Positions 29,056 to 39,279 of a stretch of 64,000 nucleotides of DNA are shown in pieces. The stretch comes from a virus. The translations under genes were made by a program, and so were the position numbers. Where the stretch lies: the IMG/VR virus record IMGVR_UViG_3300045988_147517, positions 1 through 64,000 of that record; one strand, given 5' to 3'. A model generated the notes under the pieces. The model was not told the DNA's origin. It made no database searches and worked only from the letters and a program-made list of their open reading frames with translations. Every line of letters begins with the position of its first letter. Positions within the stretch are counted from its first letter, which is position 1.

Positions 29056-32000
29056 TTACCGTCGCTCCAAAATAGAATACTCTAATAAATTATAATACGT
29101 AGTTCCATCTTTTTTATTTTTATCATATTTTTTACAGTAAATAACATCCCCTTCTTTAACTTCTCCGAAACTTTCAAGTGGAGATGGCGCTCTACGTCTC
29201 TGGACAAGGTCATACCTTCCATTGATTGGAATGGTAAACATAGATTCTTTTCCGCTACCAATAGAACGACACCATATTCTTAGCCCAAACATTTTTCCTG
29301 TGGATTTCGCTATTGCTTTCATCGTTTTAATTACATAAAGTTTTGGTCGGTCTTCCTCCTTGTCGGTTATTAGAGAAATGTATCCCAGAAATTCTTGTTG
29401 GTGCGCCATTTTTTCTGTGTAAGAAAAATCATTAACTCCCATTTCTTTTATTGCTTTTTCAGCGCCATGCAAAACATTAATGCAATCAATATTATCGTAG
29501 GATTTAGCAACACCACCTGATTTCGTAAAGCCGTTTGCATATTTTTCCATCAACGGGAATAAGTATGAATCTTCAGGGATTTTTTCCTTTTTTATTTGTT
29601 TGGCTTCTCCATATTTAAACATTTCAACAACGTATTTAATGTTCATTAATTCCTTTGCATTGCCAAAATCAGAAAAGAAATCAAGTTTAATTAATCCGTC
29701 TATCTGCCTTACATCTGCAATTCGTTCCTTTTTCATGTCAATTAATAGGTCAGCAAATGAAATATACCCTTTATGGCTCATTTTATATAGTTTATCTGCC
29801 AATTCGGCGTTCATATATTTTATAGAGCCAATACCCTTATAAATTGCCTTACTATCTTTGTCGAAAAAATATTCAGCCCTAGAATATCCAAACTTGATGC
29901 CCTTAATTTTAATACCAAATTTATTAGCGTATTGGATAATAGCGCTCGTTTTTTCTTCGTCACTACTAAAGGAATTTAGGGCGGCTGTTATAAATTCTAA
30001 AGGATAGTGATACCTTAAATATCCGATTTCATATGACGTGTAAGTATATGCGATGGCATGACTCTTATTAAAAGCATAACGAGAAGCATCCAAAATAATT
30101 TGTAAGAATGGTTCAATAATTTCCATGGCGCGATGTTCATCTAAGTCATATTTTGAAACAGCCGTTTCAATAAATCGTTTCTTTATTTCTGGGATAATAT
30201 CCTGTGTACCACCCTTATGTGCAATTTTACGCCGAACCACATCACTTTCAGATTCTGAATATCCGCAGAATTTTACTAAAAATTGCATAATCTGTTCTTG
30301 GTATACCAAATAGCCATTAGTGTCCGATAGGAGTTTGTCAATTTCGTCCCACCCATTGTTGGCTTTTTCACCAGCAGCCAATTTATTTCTATAGCTGGCC
30401 GCCGCTGGTCGAATGGCGGCGTTCGCAATAGCTACCCAATCCAACATTCGGAAATTATCATTCCATTCTTGAGCAGAAGCAACTGTTGTTGGAGAGGCAA
30501 AATTCTTTAAAAACGCGCCAGCACTGTTACTTTCAAATTGAAAAATTGCTGTGGTATCGTTTCGTATAGATGACCACACTTTTCCGTCTTCGGTATCTAT
30601 TGAATCAGCTTTTATAATTTCAATCCCTGCATTTTCACAACATGAATTAATGAGCTGTAAATTTTTAAGTCCAAGCAAATCTTCTTTTACATAATATTGA
30701 CTTTCTAATTCCTCCATATTTAACGATGTTAATCTATAAGGCGTATCAGTTGTTGTAAAACTTCCGATAACTTCATCAATACGTCTATCCGTTACGAGTT
30801 TCCCTGACGCATGTACGCCTACACTTGTGCATGTACCCCGTACAATGTCAACTAAATGGAAAACTTCTGGCTCAGAATCAATGATGTCTTGTGGGACATA
30901 AGGCTTTTTATCTTCGTCATATTCGACAGAGTTCGAAAGTTCTTGTGCATATTGAACAGTAAATCTTTTATACTGAACGTAAGGGTTGTCTTTGTCGAGA
31001 GTACCTTTCTTTCGTTCATTTTCATACATGTTGAAAAATCCACCACAGACATCTTTAATACTTCCTTTTAACTCAATAGTGTTTTCAGTCATAATAACTG
31101 CCGACTCAATCCCATCAATCTCTAAGTGTTTCCCTACAACAAATTCCTCTACCTTGTCCCTATCTTTCGACCCTATATCAATATCAATATCTGCCAAAGT
31201 GATTCTTGATGGAGACATGAAACGTGAAAAAATTAAGTTATGTTTAATAGGGTCAACTTCTGTTACGCCTAGTATGTAAAGAACTAAACTAGCAACACAA
31301 CTCCCTCTACCTAAACCAATATGGATATTATTTTTTTTACACCAATCAGCAATATACTCTTGAAGTAAAATATAGTTAGAAGCTTTACATATTTCAAATG
31401 TATCGAGTTCTTTATCAATTCTGCTTTTTAATTCATCAAAAGTATAGCGGCAATTTAAAACAGGGTGAGATTTAGCTCTATCATAAGTATGTTTTCTTAA
31501 TGTTTCAACAGGTTTATCGTATATTTTTGGATACTTAAACTCAGCATCTAAATCGAAAGGTTCAATCATTTCACTTAGAACCATTGTATTTTCTACAGCT
31601 TCTTCGACAATATTATTTGGCACGACCTCTTGTTCTTCGTAACAAATTATTAATTCGTCATAAGTTTTCCACGTCAAATCCCAACCATTTTCTTCGTCAA
31701 AATGAATCTTCTTCCGTTCTTGAAAAACCTTTCTGGCGCGCTCATGTTCTTTGTTCAAACAATGCGTATCAGTTCCCGTAATTAGCGGGATGTTATAAGA
31801 ATCGTGTAAATTTAAAAGTAATTTATTATACTCTCTTTGTTCTGGCGTATTATGATGTTGTAACTCTAAAAAACACCTATCTTTATTGGCGCTCAGGAAA
31901 TCTATGTAACTATCTACTAGTTTATTATATGCATCTAAATCGTCCCCGAATATACGTTGACGTTTTGTTTCATATCCAATAATCTCTTTCGTTTTCTTAT

Positions 32001-32475
32001 CTTTCACAGCATATCGGTTAATCTCTGCCGCCAGTGGACTGGCAATACACGCCGTTGAAACGATAATGTTCTCACTTGTATTAAACAATTCTTCAAATGT
32101 AATTCTTGGTGAATTGTAAAAATGGTTATCTCTTGTCCATGACAAACTAAATAAACGGTTTAATTCTTTAAAACCCTCATAATTACGCGCCATTAACACA
32201 CAATGGTAGTTATCTCTATGTTTGTCCTCAATCGAATAATCGTTCGTTAGATAGAATTCAGCCGCATGGATATATTTCATCCCGGCATTTTCAATTATTT
32301 TTTTTCTGGTATACCACTGTAAGATAGTGCCATGATTCGATATACCAAGTGTGACCATACCATCATCTTTTGCTTTTTCTACATAATGTTTTGCCTTTGT
32401 TACGCTATCAATTCCAGCTACAGGATTCGACAACGTATCGTGCGAATGAAAGACAGTGTATATTTTTTTACTCAT
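29056..32475 (-). CDS. dnaE: DNA polymerase III alpha subunit (DnaE-type)
   Basis: PHP domain start (IYTVFHSHDTLSN); ~1140 aa. The start was moved to the ATG at 32475, preceded by ggagg. Confidence 0.8.
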   Translation of the reverse strand: MSKKIYTVFHSHDTLSNPVAGIDSVTKAKHYVEKAKDDGMVTLGISNHGTILQWYTRKKIIENAGMKYIHAAEFYLTNDYSIEDKHRDNYHCVLMARNYEGFKELNRLFSLSWTRDNHFYNSPRITFEELFNTSENIIVSTACIASPLAAEINRYAVKDKKTKEIIGYETKRQRIFGDDLDAYNKLVDSYIDFLSANKDRCFLELQHHNTPEQREYNKLLLNLHDSYNIPLITGTDTHCLNKEHERARKVFQERKKIHFDEENGWDLTWKTYDELIICYEEQEVVPNNIVEEAVENTMVLSEMIEPFDLDAEFKYPKIYDKPVETLRKHTYDRAKSHPVLNCRYTFDELKSRIDKELDTFEICKASNYILLQEYIADWCKKNNIHIGLGRGSCVASLVLYILGVTEVDPIKHNLIFSRFMSPSRITLADIDIDIGSKDRDKVEEFVVGKHLEIDGIESAVIMTENTIELKGSIKDVCGGFFNMYENERKKGTLDKDNPYVQYKRFTVQYAQELSNSVEYDEDKKPYVPQDIIDSEPEVFHLVDIVRGTCTSVGVHASGKLVTDRRIDEVIGSFTTTDTPYRLTSLNMEELESQYYVKEDLLGLKNLQLINSCCENAGIEIIKADSIDTEDGKVWSSIRNDTTAIFQFESNSAGAFLKNFASPTTVASAQEWNDNFRMLDWVAIANAAIRPAAASYRNKLAAGEKANNGWDEIDKLLSDTNGYLVYQEQIMQFLVKFCGYSESESDVVRRKIAHKGGTQDIIPEIKKRFIETAVSKYDLDEHRAMEIIEPFLQIILDASRYAFNKSHAIAYTYTSYEIGYLRYHYPLEFITAALNSFSSDEEKTSAIIQYANKFGIKIKGIKFGYSRAEYFFDKDSKAIYKGIGSIKYMNAELADKLYKMSHKGYISFADLLIDMKKERIADVRQIDGLIKLDFFSDFGNAKELMNIKYVVEMFKYGEAKQIKKEKIPEDSYLFPLMEKYANGFTKSGGVAKSYDNIDCINVLHGAEKAIKEMGVNDFSYTEKMAHQQEFLGYISLITDKEEDRPKLYVIKTMKAIAKSTGKMFGLRIWCRSIGSGKESMFTIPINGRYDLVQRRRAPSPLESFGEVKEGDVIYCKKYDKNKKDGTTYYNLLEYSILERR

Positions 32476-32671
32476 TATTTCCTCCAACCAGCTTTTCCTC
32501 AACCTTTAAACAACGATTTAATGATTTACATTGTTCATAAATTTTGTCTGGACATGACCAGCAACAAATATCTTCCAAACATTTACAATCATTGTTTTGG
32601 CGCTCTATATTTTTACATTTTCCTTGTGGTGTTAAATATATACAATATTCAAGATTTCTTGATTTCTTCAT
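32468..32671 (-). CDS. Small Cys-rich protein (67 aa)
   Basis: Its stop overlaps the dnaE start (ATGAGTAA coupling). It contains 10 Cys residues. Confidence 0.45.
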   Translation of the reverse strand: MKKSRNLEYCIYLTPQGKCKNIERQNNDCKCLEDICCWSCPDKIYEQCKSLNRCLKVEEKLVGGNNE

Positions 32672-32858
32672 CTTTATAATCTTCCCTTATTTTATAAACA
32701 AAATGACATGATGCAATAGATAGACATGCGATAACAGCGCCAATGTAATATGCAGAAATCACATATCCAAAATCAATGCCATATACCATCTTAATAATCC
32801 ATACACCGATAAAGAATATAACCGCTGTCGTTAATAAATCATAAAATAAATCTGACAT
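32649..32858 (-). CDS. Small membrane protein
   Basis: ATG at 32858 after aggagggg; two hydrophobic helices. The longer track ORF would start inside the promoter. Confidence 0.5.
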   Translation of the reverse strand: MSDLFYDLLTTAVIFFIGVWIIKMVYGIDFGYVISAYYIGAVIACLSIASCHFVYKIREDYKDEEIKKS

Positions 32859-32889
32859 AAAAACCCCTCCTAAGTGATTTACTACATCT

Positions 32890-32918
32890 ATTATATCACT
32901 TAAAAGGGGTTTTGTCAA
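32890..32918 (-). promoter_or_regulatory. Consensus sigma70-type promoter
   Basis: TTGACA-aaaccccttttaagtga-TATAAT on the minus strand. Confidence 0.7.
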
Positions 32919-32963
32919 GTTATTATATCCGCCGCTTCAATTCGTAAAGTAAGTTTAGCAAAT

Positions 32964-33134
32964 TTATCGTAGTTTATATACAACGCTGTTAAAATTTTTT
33001 GATACAAAATTTACAAATTCAGCATAACATTTTGGACAAAGGTCTGCTTTCATTGTTTGTTTTCCTTTGTATTCGACCACCTTTTCCACATCTTTCTCAT
33101 CAATTTCTTTATGGCATATATCACATACTATCAT
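32964..33134 (-). CDS. Small zinc-ribbon protein (56 aa, below the ORF-track cutoff)
   Basis: SD aggag lies 7 nt before the ATG. Translation is MIVCDICHKEIDEKDVEKVVEYKGKQTMKADLCPKCYAEF..., with CxxC...CxxC. Confidence 0.55.
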   Translation of the reverse strand: MIVCDICHKEIDEKDVEKVVEYKGKQTMKADLCPKCYAEFVNFVSKNFNSVVYKLR

Positions 33135-33143
33135 GAAATACTC

Positions 33144-33554
33144 CTAAATAAAAATATAATTTTCTTCTTCATGTGGAGGAATGACGACTTCTGGATGGTA
33201 AGTTTTTACCTTAATCATTGGAATTAAATCGTGAAAATATACTTTCTTATCAGGAGTAAAATCTCTTATTGATAATGCATAAAAATTACATTCTCTACAG
33301 ATGTCATCTTCTGGAATATTGTATACCAATTGAAATACAGTGTTTATAGTACTATATTCTAACTTTTTATTATCGTTATCACAAATTTCGTCATGAGGTC
33401 TTTGGTCATCAATCTGAATTAAATGATAAGTTTTCCCATCATATTCTACTTTATATCCTTCAATGTCTAAGTATTCATCCCGCTGATGTTTATTATTAAC
33501 AACTTGTTGATTTACATTATCAATAAATTCAGAGAATTTCTTTTTGTTCATCAT
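33144..33554 (-). CDS. Hypothetical protein
   Basis: ATG at 33554 after ggagg. It overlaps the upstream gene's end by 26 nt. Confidence 0.5.
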   Translation of the reverse strand: MMNKKKFSEFIDNVNQQVVNNKHQRDEYLDIEGYKVEYDGKTYHLIQIDDQRPHDEICDNDNKKLEYSTINTVFQLVYNIPEDDICRECNFYALSIRDFTPDKKVYFHDLIPMIKVKTYHPEVVIPPHEEENYIFI

Positions 33555-33807
33555 TAGTTTCGTCCTCCAATGTAATATTACAAACATGACCCCACTTTGT
33601 ATAATCTACATATTCAATAGTTCTGCCAGTAATATCTTGATATTCTTTTAATTCAATTTCTTTTTTCTTTTTGTCTAATATAGTAGAGGTGTAAGCGCCA
33701 AACATAATATCCTCTACTTCTTCTCGTATGATAATCCTATCATCATCTTCTAAAAATTGCACAAAATCATATACCTTCATTGTTCCTCCTACACTAAATG
33801 AATACAA
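33529..33807 (-). CDS. Hypothetical protein
   Basis: Operon ORF. SD aggagg is near the internal MKVYDF start, so the true start may be a few codons downstream. Confidence 0.45.
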   Translation of the reverse strand: MYSFSVGGTMKVYDFVQFLEDDDRIIIREEVEDIMFGAYTSTILDKKKKEIELKEYQDITGRTIEYVDYTKWGHVCNITLEDETNDEQKEIL

Positions 33808-34139
33808 AGTATTCCAATCTCATCATCGACACGAACAGAATCCACAATTTTGTTCAATAAGTTAGGGTTAAAAGCATAGTCTATGACATCAAAATTACAC
33901 ACGTCAAAATCATTAATGCCAAGTTCAAACCAATGGTGCCACTTACTACTTTCGCTATTATAGTCCGTCAAATAAATACGAACAAGAAGGCAATCTTGCC
34001 TACCTTCTTCTGTCTCTCTATCAGAAATATAATTCCTAAAATTATACAACATTAAGAATTCTCGGAGTGTGATTGCAAAACCACACTCCTCAAGCACAAA
34101 TTCTTTAGTATATTCCCCTGATTCAAAGTTTAATTCCAT
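33789..34139 (-). CDS. Hypothetical protein
   Basis: TAATG overlap with the nrdJ stop. Confidence 0.5.
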   Translation of the reverse strand: MELNFESGEYTKEFVLEECGFAITLREFLMLYNFRNYISDRETEEGRQDCLLVRIYLTDYNSESSKWHHWFELGINDFDVCNFDVIDYAFNPNLLNKIVDSVRVDDEIGILCIHLV

Positions 34140-35712
34140 TAATCACACCCACTATAGCCGCAATCATCGTTAATGCAATGACCGCAACCACCTTCCGCAA
34201 CATAGGTTCTCTGTCCACATTTTGGACAAATTCCTAAATTGCTATTCTCCACTTCATTCTTTAGGTTTGTAACACCGCTAAGGAAATCTGTCAATTCTTT
34301 CATAGTGTTCTGTTCTTCACAAGTTTTACAGCGCGGCTCTGGGATATCAAAAACTCTAGAAACCGCTTCATTCACAATCTCTTCTTCACTATAATCATCA
34401 TCAATCAACTCTTCTTTGATTTGATTTGCCATCTCTTGCAATGCGATTCCCACTGCGGCAGGACAGCAATTCCCCGGCGAAACATCATGTTTAGTCGCCC
34501 TTCGCACCATATAACTAACGCAACCCGGGCAACTCTTTGCTTGGTCTACAATTCCCTCTACTGTTCCACCAAGGCGCATCGCATAAGAAATCATGCGAGA
34601 GCCAAATACCATCCAAGAATTACAGCCGCCCTCTGAGCCTTTGCTTAAAAATGTTTCGCAAAGTTCGCCATCTACTGGGTCAAAGAAAGCTGTTGTGTGT
34701 AAAGAGCCACACCCAGTAACAAGTTTGTGTTTTCTTCCCACAACATCGTCATAAACTTGAACCACATCACCTCGATTAAGTACCTGTAGAGGACGGGTTT
34801 CTTCTTTTGGCGGCTCTTCTTCTTGGTTGTTCACAAGGACACCAGCCCGGTCACAGCCATCTCTATAAACTGTAATGCCTTTAAGGCCTTGTTTCCACGC
34901 CTCATAGTATAATTCAAATACATCTTTAACTGTGGTATATTCAGGGAGATTTACTGTAGAACTAATTGATGCATCGATATGTTTTTGCCAAGCCGCCTGC
35001 ATAGCAATACGTTCTTTATACGGAATCATTGGCGCTGTTACAAACCAACTAGGTAAATCCGCTTCATTATCAATATTATTTTCCTGCATATATTCTTCTA
35101 CAATTGGAGTATATACTTTATACCAATACTCTTGACCATGAAGTGATTCTGTTTTTCTCATATAAGAATTGGCGAAAATGGGTTCCATCCCACCGGATAC
35201 ACCTAGCATTGTGCTAGTACTGCCCGTTGGGGCCACAGTCAACAGTTGCAAATTTCTCAACCCATATTTACGAATATCTTCATATAATTTGTCTGTTACA
35301 TGTGAATTTAAGAAAGGAGAATCTAGCACCGCGCCAGAAAACCTCGGGGCTGGGCCGAATTCTTTTGCTAACTCCATAGATGATTCGAGAGCGCATGAAA
35401 CGATGAATTCACCAATATTATCAGCTAATTTTAAAGACTCCTCACTTCCGTATCTTATTTTCAATTTAATCAGTAAGTCAGCCCATCCCATAACTCCTAG
35501 GCCGATTTGCCTGTAATTTCTTACACTTTCACGTTGATATTCTAGGGGGTGTAATTCCAACCCTTCATCTAAAACTTCATTCAAATAAATTACTGCATTT
35601 TTGACAGTAAATTTCAAAGAATCCCAATCAACTTTTCCATCTTTTTCAAATTGCGCCAAGTTAATTGAGCCAAGTAAACAACTACCTCCTTCTGGTAATG
35701 GTTCTTCTGCAC
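34139..35712 (-). CDS. nrdJ: Class II (B12-dependent) ribonucleotide reductase, exon 3
   Basis: After splicing it begins ..NP|CAEEPLPEGGSCLLGSINL. Also contains TVAPTGSTS and a C-terminal Cys-rich zinc module. The three exons total 2355 nt, which is 785 codons in frame. Confidence 0.7.
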
Positions 35713-35982
35713 CTTACCACACATAGTTTCCTATGCCATCTAATATAGATGTTGTAGTCTGGACTATATCATCCGTTATTTTATAAAAATAACAGGTGGG
35801 CGCTGGACAATAAATTGCCACTTAGTCTCTGAACCTTCCCCTGTTCGGGGCTTGGATGCTGATTGCCCAATCCATACATTTTTTAACATTCACGCCTAGA
35901 TTTATTTCATTCTTACGTTGTAGTATGTATGGCTCTAAGGGGTTTCCAGCAGTTCACCCACTTTTAAATCCGCATACACTTT
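35713..35982 (-). ncRNA. Group-I-like intron 2 in nrdJ (270 nt, ORF-less)
   Basis: It interrupts the catalytic NPCAE motif. The 5' exon ends in U and the intron ends in G. No ORF is present. Splicing restores the frame exactly. Confidence 0.55.
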
Positions 35983-36322
35983 ACGGATTAACCCCACCAT
36001 ATTGAAAATCAGGGTCTTCACTTAATAAATTATAGTCATTAATTCTATCCCAGAATAATAATCCGGGTTCAGCCTGCCGCCAATTCATCTCTGCTAAACG
36101 CATAAATACATCTTGAGCATTAATTACTTTGGTAATTTCTTCTCCTGTCTCTTGACGATAATATTTTAATGTATATTCTTCATCATTGATAACAGCATTC
36201 ATAAATTCATCTGTTACTTTAATTGAGATATTTGCCTTAGTAACTTTTCCAGCCTCCGATTTTAAATCAATAAAATCTTCAAGGTCTGGATGGCTACAAT
36301 CAAGGCTAATCATCAATGCCCC
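35983..36322 (-). CDS. nrdJ: Class II ribonucleotide reductase, exon 2
   Basis: It begins GALMISLDCSHPDLEDFI, continuing ...NGRR from exon 1, and ends ...FQYGGVNP plus the first base of the Cys codon. Confidence 0.7.
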
Positions 36323-37294
36323 CAATATGGACTATCTCTTACCACTAATCTAGTGGCTCGGGCGCTAATGTAGTCTTATTGTTATCCTCAACTACTAGTC
36401 TCTGCACGTCCTATATACCTTTTACATTATATAGTTTCGCTCAGGGTTCTTGGGTCTTCCCTGAATTCACCCAATTCAAGACGCAGGGCATTAGCTTTGT
36501 TATACTTTCTATATAATACAATAAATGAATCGTTAGGATATATATAATCTAAAAATTTTAAAACATCTTTTTTGCTAGAAAATCCTAATATAAAACAATC
36601 TTCTTTTCCTTTTGGCTTTATCTTAGATGATACTCCAACCTCATCTATTAAAACATTCTGAACACCTTCTAATAAACGGTATTGAGAAGTAAATGAAATT
36701 CTTTGCCATATCCTATTTCTGTCTTTCCTTCTTCCCCAAGTAATACACCCATCTCCATCAAAAAACCCAAGAATTAAATATCTTTTAAGGTCTTTTCTTA
36801 CAATTGGCAAATGACGGCTGTTCTTTTTTCCACCATATTTATTAATATCTGTAAGTATATTTTTATTATATATTGTATATCTTGCTCTTGGGAACCTCCT
36901 AGATTCCCTATCTAAGTATGTGGTTTCATGAACATTTCCACCAATAATTTGAGATATATAATATAGTATTTCTTTATCAGCTAATGAAACAGATAACTCA
37001 ACACACTTATCTCCAATGTATCCATCCGCTAATATAAATCCTAAGATATATGCTTTTTCTGGGGTATCAATCTTATTAAACATGTATTCATTTTTATACT
37101 CAACAGGTTTATTTTTTATTAAATGTTTTAAATTAAGTTTACCTATCCAATATAAAACAGTGGTGTAGCATAATCCAACTTTTTTTCCTATTTCCCTACT
37201 AGACATTCCATCTTCTAAATATCCTTTTAATTCATTATATTCCATATATTATCTCCTACTCTATATATTTTCGGTGATTAAATTAAGCTATTTT
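36323..37294 (-). mobile_element. Group-I-like intron 1 in nrdJ carrying a LAGLIDADG homing endonuclease
   Basis: A 972-nt insertion lies between ...AQNGRR and GALM.... The 5' exon ends in U (cgt) and the intron ends in G (ttg). It contains a free-standing endonuclease ORF. Confidence 0.6.
36427..37245 (-). CDS. LAGLIDADG-family homing endonuclease with N-terminal HTH
   Basis: Two LAGLIDADG-type motifs (ILGFILADGYI and ILGFFDGDGCI). It lies inside the nrdJ intron. Confidence 0.75.
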   Translation of the reverse strand: MEYNELKGYLEDGMSSREIGKKVGLCYTTVLYWIGKLNLKHLIKNKPVEYKNEYMFNKIDTPEKAYILGFILADGYIGDKCVELSVSLADKEILYYISQIIGGNVHETTYLDRESRRFPRARYTIYNKNILTDINKYGGKKNSRHLPIVRKDLKRYLILGFFDGDGCITWGRRKDRNRIWQRISFTSQYRLLEGVQNVLIDEVGVSSKIKPKGKEDCFILGFSSKKDVLKFLDYIYPNDSFIVLYRKYNKANALRLELGEFREDPRTLSETI

Positions 37295-37735
37295 ACGTCT
37301 TCCATTCTGAGCAATTAATTCGCTAACTAATGAATACAAATCGCAAAAACTAACTGAGCCGCTTGTTGTTTTGGCCGCATTATTTACCTTAGCGCCACTA
37401 GGAGCAAGTTTACTAATGTCTACACCACAACCGCCGCCATAACTGAACGTTCTTGCCAAATCTCGCGCACAGTCAAAGATACTTTCAATATTATCTTCTG
37501 GCGCTTTGACTACATAACAATTTCCATATGTCAGTTTTTTAATATGTCCTAGACCTCTATTAGCAAGAATTCTACCTCCTGATAGAAATTTCTGTTCTTC
37601 AATAAGTTTTTCAATAATCTTATTATTTCCTGCTACACGTTTTTTCCATTCTTCAAAAGTTTCATTTTCATCTCGATATTTGTTTTTCCAAATATCTCTT
37701 CCGATTTCTGTGCTAATCCATTGTTCTAATTCCAA
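37295..37735 (-). CDS. nrdJ: Class II ribonucleotide reductase, exon 1
   Basis: Contains FLSGGRILANRG and YGGGCGVDISKLAPSGAKV, then ...AQNGRR. The in-frame extension KIA* lies in intron sequence. Confidence 0.7.
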
Positions 37736-37759
37736 ATTACTTCCTCCTAGGTCATTATA

Positions 37760-38005
37760 CTATTCTTCAAAGTCAAAGTCAAATGATTCTTTTGGTTCTT
37801 CAGCGCCATCCTCATAGAATGATGTATTGGCGCTAACCACCTTACAATAATCTTCTTCATCAAAGCAACTAAATACCGCATCTAATAAAGCTTCTTTGTA
37901 TTCTTCTGGGCGCTTTTTAATAATGTTAATAATTCTTTCGCATTCTTCTGTCGAATCTTCCTCTACAATCTCTAAATGAAGCAAACAACTATTTACTACT
38001 CTCAT
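37760..38005 (-). CDS. Hypothetical acidic protein
   Basis: Operon ORF with an ATG start. Confidence 0.5.
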   Translation of the reverse strand: MRVVNSCLLHLEIVEEDSTEECERIINIIKKRPEEYKEALLDAVFSCFDEEDYCKVVSANTSFYEDGAEEPKESFDFDFEE

Positions 38006-38243
38006 CTTTCACCTCCACAAAATAATCTGAATTTGAGAAAAAGATAGGAATGTTTCCAATTCCTTTAACAAAATTACGAAACTCTCCGTCTTTATCATTT
38101 ACATATACTTCAAAAACAATACCACTTTTATTACATATAGCCTTTCCAAGTGGCAGATTATGTTCATTACAATACCACATATATTCCCTATCTGCCTTAC
38201 ATTGGTTAACTAATTGTGTAAAATTCAATCTCTTCTCTTTCAT
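37989..38243 (-). CDS. Hypothetical protein
   Basis: The start was moved to the ATG at 38243, after ggagg. Confidence 0.5.
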   Translation of the reverse strand: MKEKRLNFTQLVNQCKADREYMWYCNEHNLPLGKAICNKSGIVFEVYVNDKDGEFRNFVKGIGNIPIFFSNSDYFVEVKDESSK

Positions 38244-38254
38244 TGAGCCTCCAA

Positions 38255-38470
38255 TCAAAATGGAAAATTTTTATAAATAAGAATCCACGTACCAATCATT
38301 GCGATATCACCTATTACAGCAATAATAACTCCAGCTAAGACCCCCATTTTTTCTTTTAGCTCTATAGCCTCTACAATAAAAGAAGACCCAATATAAATTA
38401 CAACACTCTCTATGATTGTAATTGCTAATATAAATAGTGAAAAGAAAAATGATTCTATAAATCCATTCAT
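38255..38470 (-). CDS. Small membrane protein
   Basis: Two hydrophobic helices. ATGA overlap with the dut stop. Confidence 0.5.
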   Translation of the reverse strand: MNGFIESFFFSLFILAITIIESVVIYIGSSFIVEAIELKEKMGVLAGVIIAVIGDIAMIGTWILIYKNFPF

Positions 38471-38898
38471 TTTAAATTCTCAGTTCCTTTTCCAAAACCA
38501 CCCCGGTCTTTGCTATCTAGATGGTCAACTTCTTTAAACTCTACACTATCCATAGATTTAATCAATCTAAACTGGCAGATTCTTTCATTCTTTTTGACGA
38601 ATGTATCTTCGTGGGCGATGGCTGGAAACATCCATTCATCATTATCTCCCGAATAGGAATTATCAATGACGCCAAGAGAATTTGCCTGAGTAATTCGATA
38701 TTTTTTAAATGTACTACTACGTGGCGCAACTAACGCTTCATATCCCTCTGGCAATTTCATAGCAATACCAAGTGGAATTAATTTAAAATCGCCTTTTTTT
38801 AATGAAGTATCTTCTGCGGCTCTTAAGTCAATCCAATCTCCAACATCAAATTTTTCAGGCAATTCCACGCCTCTTAAGTTCTTAATTAAAATTTCCAT
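38467..38898 (-). CDS. dut: dUTP diphosphatase
   Basis: Motifs DLRAAED, APRSS and [14 protein letters not shown]. Confidence 0.8.
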   Translation of the reverse strand: MEILIKNLRGVELPEKFDVGDWIDLRAAEDTSLKKGDFKLIPLGIAMKLPEGYEALVAPRSSTFKKYRITQANSLGVIDNSYSGDNDEWMFPAIAHEDTFVKKNERICQFRLIKSMDSVEFKEVDHLDSKDRGGFGKGTENLK

Positions 38899-38961
38899 TT
38901 TATTGACCCTTTCTTATACTATTAATATTATTTTTTACTTATAAAACTATATTTTTTCATA

Positions 38962-39279
38962 CTATTTGTATTGAATTATACTATCGAAAGTACATTCATC
39001 ATACGCAAGCGGTTTAACAAGCCGTACATTTGCGTCACTATCGACAAGAATTCCAGTAGAGTGTACTGACTCGGCTTGGTCAGCCTGCAAAATTGCGGCA
39101 AATAAATCTAGTAGCCAATCACAGGACGAATTAAAATCTCCGATGTCAGTGCTGGACAAACAATCTATAGTAGTATTGTTATGACGACTTACAGCCTCCA
39201 AACCGCCACCAACTGGAACATAAAATTCGTAATCGTACGTATCAATAAGACTGCCAGAATTCTTAAATATAATCCTCAT
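38962..39279 (-). CDS. Hypothetical protein
   Basis: ATGA overlap with the primase stop. Confidence 0.5.
   Translation of the reverse strand: MRIIFKNSGSLIDTYDYEFYVPVGGGLEAVSRHNNTTIDCLSSTDIGDFNSSCDWLLDLFAAILQADQAESVHSTGILVDSDANVRLVKPLAYDECTFDSIIQYK

Larger units (their letters stand above)
27490..29059 (-). mobile_element. IS200/IS605-family-like IscB element without tnpA (ends approximate)
   Basis: The boundaries are defined by comparison with the internally deleted copy at 59556..59749. The right end carries a perfect hairpin, GGCAATTCCACCTC-N10-GAGGTGGAATTGCC. Confidence 0.6.
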
